A program made the position numbers and the translations under genes. A stretch of DNA of 61,260 nt from Eubacteriales bacterium (GTDB lineage Bacteria; Bacillota; Clostridia; Oscillospirales; CAG-272), in contig JAZRPF010000010.1 of the NCBI GenBank assembly GCA_045649045.1, positions 1 through 61,260 on the forward strand, given 5' to 3'. Below, piece after piece: positions 41,883-49,137 of this stretch. The number at the start of each line of letters is the position of its first letter. Position 1 is the stretch's first letter. Below the pieces are notes generated by a model, which made no database searches, was not told where the DNA came from, and saw nothing but the letters and a program-made list of their open reading frames with translations.

Positions 41883-41896
41883 GAGCCATTTGGCTC
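41883..41896. promoter_or_regulatory. candidate operator (6-2-6 perfect inverted repeat)
   Basis: GAGCCA-TT-TGGCTC between the repressor -10 box and its start codon. Confidence 0.4.
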
Positions 41897-41900
41897 TTTA

Positions 41901-41929
41901 ATTATAACACAGCACGTGTGTTTTGTCAA
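41901..41929 (-). promoter_or_regulatory. consensus sigma-A promoter for the repressor operon
   Basis: minus strand TTGACA-N17-TATAAT (perfect consensus). Confidence 0.6.
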
Positions 41930-41995
41930 GAGGTTTTGAAAAATACTCGATTTTTGGAAAAGCAATTGCGATTGCACCAAAATTGTCACATTGTA

Positions 41996-42024
41996 TTGAA
42001 AAACTCCAAAAAATATGATATAAT
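41996..42024 (+). promoter_or_regulatory. consensus sigma-A promoter for the plus-strand cargo operon
   Basis: TTGAAA-N17-TATAAT with TG extension; flanked by GCAATTGC (41962..41969) and ATTGCAAT (42039..42046) palindromes. Confidence 0.6.
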
Positions 42025-42062
42025 GACTAATAATAAAAATTGCAATAGGATACCAACGAATT

Positions 42063-42791
42063 ATGAAAACGATTTGGCAACTTACTTATGAAACAAAACC
42101 GGGCAATGATGGCGTGCAAACAAAAAAATACAAATCTTTTGCCGAGGCAAAGAAGGATATCCGAGAGATTATTTCGCAAATTTATCTATCGCCATATATA
42201 AAGGCGATTCGTACAGATGGTGTCCACAAAGCTTACCGTACAGCAATGGCAGGCTTTTTGGATAATTACATTTCTCATACTGATTTTTTGAATATAGATG
42301 AATCCATTCCGTCAGACGATCCCGATGACTATGAATTTGAGCGAAAGCCAACGAGCGAGAACGATGCTGGCATGAGTGTTGACGATGACGATTGGAACGA
42401 CGAAGATGAGGAAGTTGACGAGCTTGACGATTTTGATATCTACATTGCAAAGGATTCTCTCTCCTTTGAATGTTACTATGAAGGACGACCTCATCTCAAC
42501 ACGGACATGGTCGTAATGGATGATGAAAATAAGGAGTATTGCTTTGAGTTCTACGTGGACAGAGCCCCAAAAAATAAACTGAGAGAGCTACAAATGACAT
42601 TGACACCTTTGCAATATTGGGGCACCTCATCCTATCCTATGTTGATCCTTCGCACCTTGGAAAATAGCCAAGAACCTCTTGATCAGCAACAAATCATTTC
42701 ACGCATTGAGAACGCTTATGATACAGCATATACAAAATTATTTCAGATTTTTGAATGCGCTTGTTATAATAGCGGTGCAATTGGTCGATGA
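42063..42791 (+). CDS. hypothetical protein with strongly acidic central segment
   Basis: 242 aa; DDDDWNDEDEEVDELDDFD tract; no recognisable family. Confidence 0.55.
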   Translation: MKTIWQLTYETKPGNDGVQTKKYKSFAEAKKDIREIISQIYLSPYIKAIRTDGVHKAYRTAMAGFLDNYISHTDFLNIDESIPSDDPDDYEFERKPTSENDAGMSVDDDDWNDEDEEVDELDDFDIYIAKDSLSFECYYEGRPHLNTDMVVMDDENKEYCFEFYVDRAPKNKLRELQMTLTPLQYWGTSSYPMLILRTLENSQEPLDQQQIISRIENAYDTAYTKLFQIFECACYNSGAIGR

Positions 42792-42828
42792 CTCCAAAAA
42801 CATTAATTAACCACGAGGAGATTGTATT

Positions 42829-43641
42829 ATGAAACACCCCGAAATTCAGCAGATTATTGATACTATGACAAAGACAGGCTACGATTACAAGAAAGAAATT
42901 GAGGAAATCGAAGTAATGCAAAAACGTGCAACAATTAGTATAAATTCTGCACCGTCTTCAAACCCCTCCGTAGCTTCTGTGACATCTCTTGCATTGCCCG
43001 ACCATGTGAAAGCTATGATTTACGCACAGCTTTCCAATAACCGTCCGTGGCAACCTATCTATAACAATCGCCTGACAATTGATGCGATATTTAGCGATTA
43101 TGATATTGAATTGTTGAAGAAGGCTAATCCTGCTACTCTTGTTGATAAAATCGCAGAAATCCACTGCGGTAACAGACAAATCAAACGACAGATGCAGAGC
43201 CTCAAAGCAAATATTGAAACATTGGAAAGAATCGAAGAAGAACACGGTTCAATCAGTGGCTATTATGCTACAACAAGTCTTGTAGATGTTATTAAAAGCT
43301 TGAGCCAATCGGGAAAGAATTATAAACTCAATTGTATGGGCATCCCGCTTGTCTGCGAATATCTCAAAGGCGTTGGTGTTGAGGTGATCAAACCCGACTC
43401 GCTTCTTTGTAGACTTCTGGGACGGTTGGGATATTCCAAAAAGATTCCTGCAACTCCGTGGGAGGCAATAGAGATTTGCAAAGAAATTGGCGATGAATAT
43501 GGATTATCTCAGGCAGAGGTTGATACAATCCTTTGGCAGTATTGTGCAAAAGACAAATTCGAAGTATGTACCGACAATCCCAAATGCGCTCAATGTGGTG
43601 TATATAATTGCCCAAACAGAACTTGCCCGAGCTTAGTATAA
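42829..43641 (+). CDS. hypothetical protein, TAG/HhH-GPD-like DNA glycosylase superfamily candidate with C-terminal Cys cluster
   Basis: 270 aa; middle region resembles 3-methyladenine glycosylase I layout, HhH-like LKGVGVEVIKPDSLLCRLLGRLG, C-terminal C-x5-C-x2-C-x4-C; from memory, not searched. Confidence 0.4.
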   Translation: MKHPEIQQIIDTMTKTGYDYKKEIEEIEVMQKRATISINSAPSSNPSVASVTSLALPDHVKAMIYAQLSNNRPWQPIYNNRLTIDAIFSDYDIELLKKANPATLVDKIAEIHCGNRQIKRQMQSLKANIETLERIEEEHGSISGYYATTSLVDVIKSLSQSGKNYKLNCMGIPLVCEYLKGVGVEVIKPDSLLCRLLGRLGYSKKIPATPWEAIEICKEIGDEYGLSQAEVDTILWQYCAKDKFEVCTDNPKCAQCGVYNCPNRTCPSLV

Positions 43642-43655
43642 TTGGTGAAAAAAGT

Positions 43656-44207
43656 ATGGAAAATAAAAAATATCCGCTTCTCGTTTACAGAGAAAAGATG
43701 GCAGAAGTACATACGCCCGAGGAGATCAAAGCTGCCTTTGACGACAGTTTCTATGCCGTTTGCTTTAACTACGATCGCGGTCATGGCAGAGCCAAGTACG
43801 CATTGTTCGCGGCGATATGGGAGATCAATCCCGATGTGATCATTACCGAGGCTGACCTCTGCATTATGACGGTTGAGCCGGTCGTGTGGCGCGACCAGCT
43901 CTTGCTTATCGATAAAAATGGCGACAAAGAAACAGCAAACAAGATTGCAAAATTTATGGCGGAATCGGGTATCATTTCCTATGAATACCGATTTGTTAAC
44001 AAATCCTGCGCAAAGAGCTGCTTGCCGCCGAGTGAAAACAGAAAACCTACCGCATTATTCAAGGGCAACCTGCTCATTGACGGCGACAAGTTGCTTTTGA
44101 CTGCAAGGCATACGAATAAGGCGGATAGAACGAACACGGAAAATCTACAAACGCTGAAAATCAAAAGGAGAACCAAGAATGAAATTCTGCCCGGAGTGTG
44201 GAAGTAA
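43656..44207 (+). CDS. hypothetical protein
   Basis: 183 aa from ATG 43656; overlaps the next gene by 29 nt; no family recognised. Confidence 0.45.
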   Translation: MENKKYPLLVYREKMAEVHTPEEIKAAFDDSFYAVCFNYDRGHGRAKYALFAAIWEINPDVIITEADLCIMTVEPVVWRDQLLLIDKNGDKETANKIAKFMAESGIISYEYRFVNKSCAKSCLPPSENRKPTALFKGNLLIDGDKLLLTARHTNKADRTNTENLQTLKIKRRTKNEILPGVWK

Positions 44208-45870
44208 ACTTGCTTCCGAATCTGCAAAATTTTGCTCGGAATGCGGATTCAAATTAAATATCTCAAATTCTGTTAACGCCGAGGAATCCGTTGAAATAGA
44301 AGATAACATTTCATCAGAGAAAGAAGAAGTTAATGAATTTAAAAAAGCTATGCAAGCATTTGAGTATACGCGGTACGTTGACGGTCAATATGTCATCTTA
44401 AAATGTATTGAGCCGTATGCCAAATCAATCACCGTGCCAAAAGGAGTATCGATAATAGGTGAAGAAGCTTTCTTTGGGCATGAAATGGTTGAAGAAATCT
44501 TTTTGCCCGAAGGCCTAACCACTATATGCAAGCAAGCGTTTAATAACTGTAAAAAGTTAAAGAGAATCAATATTCCATCCACAGTGATATCTATTTTAGA
44601 TGGAGCTTTCGGGGAGTGCACTGAGCTTGAAGCAATCATGCTCCCTGATAAGCTTTCCCAAATCGGTGTATCAACATTTTTCAAATGCCACAAAATCAAA
44701 AGTGTTAGCATTCCAAAATCCATTACAGAAATCCCCGAAGAACTATTTGCTTATTGCGGTGCTCTGGATCAAGTCGCACTTCATGACGGAATCACGGTTA
44801 TTGGTAAAAGCGCATTTTGTGCAACCAATCTGAAGAAAGTCGAGTTGCCGTTATCTCTCCAAGTAATTCAAGAAGATGCCTTTGGTTTTTGCAGAAATCT
44901 TGAACACATTACTCTGCCTCACGGTACGGAGGTTGTTGGAGCCAAGGCCTTCTACGGTTGTGAGAATCTTTCGGAAATTGTTATTCCCGAAACAGCAACT
45001 TACTTTGGAGACGGAGCATTTAATGGGTGTAAAAATCTTAAATCAATAAATATTCCAGACGGCGTGTGGCGTTTAAACAGTTGTTTGTTCTTTGGTTGCT
45101 CGAATCTTGGCGAAATCACAATACCTAAATCGGTTGGATACATTGGTAATTTGGTTTTCAGTGGCTGTTATAAACTGAAAAAAGTCACGATCATCGGTCA
45201 TACACGTATATTACACGAAGCTTCAGAGGAAGAATTGATGGACATAGACTACAGACCGCGTGAATGGAATCCTCAATGGGAACTGCCTGCTGGATGTAAG
45301 GTAGTCAGAAAATCTACATCTAATGCCAACAAAAGCTCTCCGAAGCAACCTGCTCCCAAAAAGATTAACCCCAAAAAGAATATTTCAAAAAGCCAAGAAA
45401 TTGCACACACATTGAATCAATTTGAAAACATGAAATGTGAGGCGTTGCCTGATGGCTCTTATAAACTAATTGCTTATCTCGATTCAAATGCGGTCTCTGT
45501 AACACTCCCCGATAGCATCACGGAAATTCGCTCCGGGGCATTTGAAAACTGCAATGAGCTTTGTGATATTGAGCTTCCGTCTACCCTTATCTATATCGGT
45601 GTTTCTGCTTTTGCGAATTGTCCTTCCTTGCAAACAATCACAATTCCTCGATCTGTAGACAATATTGACAGCGGTGCTTTCGAAGGATGCTGTAATCTTG
45701 AAAGGGTTACCTTCGAGGATCCCGATAGTTGGTATTATGAGGACGATGATACGGAGGATCCAGATGATTGCGAGATCGATATTTCCCCCGAAGATTTGAA
45801 AGATCCTCAAAAAGCGGCCGAGCTGTTGAAAACGCGAGATAAATTTATCACTTGGCTTAAGAGAGATTGA
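44179..45870 (+). CDS. zinc-ribbon plus BspA-type leucine-rich repeat (LRR_5) protein, no signal peptide
   Basis: 563 aa; FCPECGSKL..FCSECGFKL then two blocks of ~23-aa repeats (I.IP.SV..IG..AF..C..L) split by a K/P-rich linker; RBS AAGGAGAA. Confidence 0.75.
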   Translation: MKFCPECGSKLASESAKFCSECGFKLNISNSVNAEESVEIEDNISSEKEEVNEFKKAMQAFEYTRYVDGQYVILKCIEPYAKSITVPKGVSIIGEEAFFGHEMVEEIFLPEGLTTICKQAFNNCKKLKRINIPSTVISILDGAFGECTELEAIMLPDKLSQIGVSTFFKCHKIKSVSIPKSITEIPEELFAYCGALDQVALHDGITVIGKSAFCATNLKKVELPLSLQVIQEDAFGFCRNLEHITLPHGTEVVGAKAFYGCENLSEIVIPETATYFGDGAFNGCKNLKSINIPDGVWRLNSCLFFGCSNLGEITIPKSVGYIGNLVFSGCYKLKKVTIIGHTRILHEASEEELMDIDYRPREWNPQWELPAGCKVVRKSTSNANKSSPKQPAPKKINPKKNISKSQEIAHTLNQFENMKCEALPDGSYKLIAYLDSNAVSVTLPDSITEIRSGAFENCNELCDIELPSTLIYIGVSAFANCPSLQTITIPRSVDNIDSGAFEGCCNLERVTFEDPDSWYYEDDDTEDPDDCEIDISPEDLKDPQKAAELLKTRDKFITWLKRD

Positions 45871-45883
45871 AAGGAATATAACT

Positions 45884-46081
45884 ATGGCAGATGAAATTAT
45901 AAGAGATTTCGGCGGTAGAATAATCGCTCGAATTGAAACAAAGCCCAACGGCGACAAGATTGTTCGCGATTTTGGCGGTCATATACTGGGCAGATACGAT
46001 AAAGCAGCGAATGTTACCCGAGATTTCGGCGGACATATTCTCGCGCGTGGCGAATGTTTAGGAATTCTAATTGGAAAATAA
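45884..46081 (+). CDS. small tandem-repeat protein (3x RDFGG[RH]I[IL][AG]R)
   Basis: 65 aa; IRDFGGRIIAR / VRDFGGHILGR / TRDFGGHILAR. Confidence 0.6.
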   Translation: MADEIIRDFGGRIIARIETKPNGDKIVRDFGGHILGRYDKAANVTRDFGGHILARGECLGILIGK

Positions 46082-46112
46082 ATAATATCATACAGCAGAA
46101 AGGAGACAAATC

Positions 46113-46268
46113 ATGGCACAATTCACTGTAGTCTTTACCGATGGAGGTTCGTATCTCGTAACAGCCCCAGATAAATACGCGGCTATTGAAAAGGCAAAAA
46201 GCCAAAAGAGCAATAGTGACCGTGTAGGAGTTAAAGAGGTTAAGGATTGCCACGGAAACAAAGTCTAA
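46113..46268 (+). CDS. hypothetical 51-aa protein
   Basis: not in ORF track; AAAGGAGA RBS 6 nt before ATG; own translation MAQFTVVFTDGGSYLVTAPDKYAAIEKAKSQKSNSDRVGVKEVKDCHGNKV. Confidence 0.5.
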   Translation: MAQFTVVFTDGGSYLVTAPDKYAAIEKAKSQKSNSDRVGVKEVKDCHGNKV

Positions 46269-46281
46269 TCTGAAAAAAGGT

Positions 46282-46312
46282 CAAGCCCTCCGCAAAATTA
46301 GCGGAGGGCTTG
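46282..46312. terminator. bidirectional terminator between the two convergent cargo operons
   Basis: perfect 12-bp stem CAAGCCCTCCGC/GCGGAGGGCTTG, A-run before and T-rich after. Confidence 0.7.
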
Positions 46313-46323
46313 CTGTTATCATA

Positions 46324-46683
46324 TCAAAGTCCTAATGCATACTTAAGTTTTTTATCAAGCTCTGCCATTGTTTCATCGCTCAGACGCCCAATATGATTTT
46401 TCAAACGCTTGGTATCAATTGCCCTAATTTCATAGAGCAGAATCCGGTACGAAAAAAGCGGAAGCTCCGGAATGTCCGCGGGAATCGTTGCCATTGCGTT
46501 CTGACTTTCGAACTCAGTGCTATTTGAGGACAACGGAGCAACAATAACTGTACCGCCATTTGAGTAAGCTTCTTCATTCAACTCATCGTTTGAAACAATA
46601 ACAACATACCGTATTCCGCCCATTTCAGCGCCAAATACAGGCGACAGATCTGCCCAAAATATATCTCCGCGTTTTATTATCAT
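46324..46683 (-). CDS. MazF/PemK (EndoA-like) endoribonuclease toxin
   Basis: MIIKRGDIFWADLSPVFGAEMGGIRYVVIVSND closely parallels B. subtilis EndoA [33 protein letters not shown]; ATG 46683 after GGAGGAG. Confidence 0.85.
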   Translation of the reverse strand: MIIKRGDIFWADLSPVFGAEMGGIRYVVIVSNDELNEEAYSNGGTVIVAPLSSNSTEFESQNAMATIPADIPELPLFSYRILLYEIRAIDTKRLKNHIGRLSDETMAELDKKLKYALGL

Positions 46684-46739
46684 GGCTTTACTCCTCCTAC
46701 TTTGTACTATTCTAATTATAACATAAATTCTTTTCGCGT

Positions 46740-47837
46740 TCAAGTACTGTATTCAGCCATTATCTGTTGATACTCTCTCGGATAATAGACTTGATACCAA
46801 TTCAGAATAATCGAATATTTCAATTCCAACACCGCAAGCGCTTTTGTTGACATATAGTGTGTGGTTCTGATAAAGCTACCGAACCAATCTGGAAGACCAA
46901 GCATTTGTAATGTGATGTTGGTATAATAATCCATGCCGTGTTCATAGTAATATCCGCGCCGAGCTTTATTTGCTACGTCATAAGCAAAGCCCGCATCGTT
47001 AAAATCGCAGTCACGCATCGCGTCACGGATAATCATAAATACCTCGTCGCGCGTAGAAGGAATATCGGTGAGCGAACAGATCCCATTAGAGAGAAGCTGC
47101 TCAGCGTTATGCCGCCAAGTGCAAGTGCCGTGGACAAGTCCGATCAGCTTCAGAAAATCGCTATATGTTACCGGATGTGCGATCGTGATCATTTGCTTGA
47201 TAACTTTTTCGCCGCCAACACCTGCTAATTTCTCAAATTCACCCGTCAAAAGTCGGTGCTTGACTCCGCGGTCGTTCAAGTCAATACTATCCAAACACTC
47301 ACCGGTGCGCTTTTCCAACTGCGCGCAAATACTGAGAGTCCGCAACAGCGATTTCTGAAAATGGGAGAAGGTAGCCTCGGATAGCTCAAGATAGCTTTCA
47401 TCGGTAACATCTGCAACCTTGAGCTTTTTTGCATAAGGCAGATAGGTTTCAAAGGGAATGTCGAAGCCGTCTGCCTTCATCTTTTCACCGCAGGCGCAAA
47501 TGCGGTCGCGAAGGTCGAACGCGCACCTGCCTTCCACCCATTCCACCGTTTTACATTTCGGGCAATAATAATGCGTGGGCAACGGATTTTCGTCTGTCGC
47601 ACCAAGTAAATATGCCACAAAACAAGAGGCGACCGCGTTTTTGACAACCATTCGTTCATCAGCTTGCTTTACTTCGGCACGGAGCCTGAAAAGTTCGTAA
47701 AAGTATTTGCCAACCTCATACTGCATAAAGGCTTGTTTTTCGCTGTAAAATCGGCTGACGATACGCAGATCGGGCATATCTCCGTACAATTCAAAAATCC
47801 TTTTATATGCTTTGTCCCAAATTTCTTTTTCGGTCAT
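46740..47837 (-). CDS. stand-alone degenerate PolC PHP/zinc-finger-region homologue
   Basis: 365 aa; [40 protein letters not shown] and [17 protein letters not shown] match remembered PolC segments, with metal-ligand positions substituted. Confidence 0.6.
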   Translation of the reverse strand: [365 protein letters not shown]

Positions 47838-48295
47838 CTATGATTTTCTCCTTTATACTTTTCAAGCGCATCAAACACCTTGTGATATACAAGCTGATTG
47901 GGATAATACCGATAATCCGCAAAAATATCGATTCCGCGCCCTTCAAAGTGCTGCAATATCGCAGCGGCGCAGCCCGCGGAGCGGGATTGACCGAAATCGC
48001 ATTGGCAGATAATGTCGCGTCCCTCGGCTCTTGCTTCGTAAATAAATTTTGCAAGCTCGTCTGCTTCTGCAAGATAGGTTTCGTAGGTGTAGCCGTAATC
48101 ATCAAGGATCTCGATATCAATATCGGGGATCAGAATGTTAAATACGCGGTCACATGCGTTCCCGAAATAAACCCGTACTTCTTCGGCTCTGCGCGTTTTG
48201 CGCGGACTGCAAAAGCTGATGACCGCCGTGTTTTTTGGGAAATCCCCCTTCATAAGCTCTTTAATCGCTTTGCGGGAATAGATTTCAACCTTCAT
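47834..48295 (-). CDS. Cys-based phosphatase-like protein (CX5R loop)
   Basis: 153 aa from ATG 48295 (RBS GGAGGGAAAG); CDFGQSRS = C-x5-R-S P-loop; acidic IPDIDIEILDD upstream. Confidence 0.5.
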   Translation of the reverse strand: MKVEIYSRKAIKELMKGDFPKNTAVISFCSPRKTRRAEEVRVYFGNACDRVFNILIPDIDIEILDDYGYTYETYLAEADELAKFIYEARAEGRDIICQCDFGQSRSAGCAAAILQHFEGRGIDIFADYRYYPNQLVYHKVFDALEKYKGENHR

Positions 48296-48872
48296 TTTCT
48301 TTCCCTCCATCAAGATCAATATAAGAATAATTGCTGTGCTGAAGGCACAAAACGTAACCTTTTGTCAGTTCAGTAGGGATTTTTCGTTCAGCAAAAGCTC
48401 CGTTGCCGTCGTAAATACGGATGCTTGTTTCATTTGATGATACTCTTTTCGAGGTACAGCAGTATTTAAAAACCTGCTTTTTAAGATCAGGCGCGGTGTA
48501 CGGCGCAGTGGTGATCTCATAGGCATAATTCACTTTTTCCTTGCTGCAATCCCACGTGTCATAAATACAACCGTCAACGCAAGCAGACCAGTGCTCATCC
48601 ATATCAAGAATATATCTGCCGCGAAGATGTTGTTTGCAAAATTCCTCGGCGGTCAATTGGTTATTAAGGGATATCTTTTTTGCGTTTAATACATCCTCAA
48701 CGTATCGCAGATTTTTTACACTGTTGAAGGACTTTGCGCCCGTGACCTTTTTGTATTCATTCAATTTGCGTTGAACAGCCGCGTAGTCCCACCCCGTCAC
48801 TACAACGATAGCGCGCTTTACGCAATCGTCGGTAGACAAGCCCTTGGGGTGAGGATTATAATATTTATACAT
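48285..48872 (-). CDS. hypothetical protein, N-terminal papain-like (Cys-His-Asp) domain candidate
   Basis: 195 aa; YNPHPKGLSTDDCVKRAI ... HWSACVDGCIYDTWD; resembles a widespread phage/Firmicute family of unknown function. Confidence 0.4.
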   Translation of the reverse strand: MYKYYNPHPKGLSTDDCVKRAIVVVTGWDYAAVQRKLNEYKKVTGAKSFNSVKNLRYVEDVLNAKKISLNNQLTAEEFCKQHLRGRYILDMDEHWSACVDGCIYDTWDCSKEKVNYAYEITTAPYTAPDLKKQVFKYCCTSKRVSSNETSIRIYDGNGAFAERKIPTELTKGYVLCLQHSNYSYIDLDGGKENEG

Positions 48873-49137
48873 CTTGCAGATTCCTTTCTTTCAATGATTC
48901 TTTGTACTGCTCACGGTACTCAGCAAGTGTCGCGCCGTTGGCAGCAGAATAGTGATCCTCGGGAAATCCATCATATTCCCATCCGCAATGACGGCAAATA
49001 TCGTAATTATCAAGTGTTTTGCGCTTGCAAACGGGACAAATTATAACTGAATGATCCTCGTCATAGGCTGTACCGACGGGTGGTAAAACACGCTTGCCGT
49101 ACTCTCCGCGTATTGCGGCATAAATGCTTTCTTTCAT
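48865..49137 (-). CDS. CPCC-family cysteine-rich protein
   Basis: 90 aa; CPVCKRKTL..YDICRHCGWEYD. Confidence 0.65.
   Translation of the reverse strand: MKESIYAAIRGEYGKRVLPPVGTAYDEDHSVIICPVCKRKTLDNYDICRHCGWEYDGFPEDHYSAANGATLAEYREQYKESLKERNLQDV

Noticed and set aside
41880-42062. Host LexA (SOS) box controlling the island switch
   Set aside because: No CGAAC-N4-GTTCG or GAAC-N4-GTTC motif is visible by eye, so only element-specific palindromes are reported.
45884-46081. Possible CRISPR-like or non-coding tandem repeat (three ~55-60-nt related units)
   Set aside because: The units are in frame within an ORF that has an RBS, diverge mainly at synonymous or conservative positions, and have no spacer/repeat regularity. 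This is a coding repeat, not a CRISPR array.
47807-48376. 189-aa plus-strand ORF in the island
   Set aside because: Antisense to the tightly coupled phosphatase-like and papain-like genes, with no RBS.
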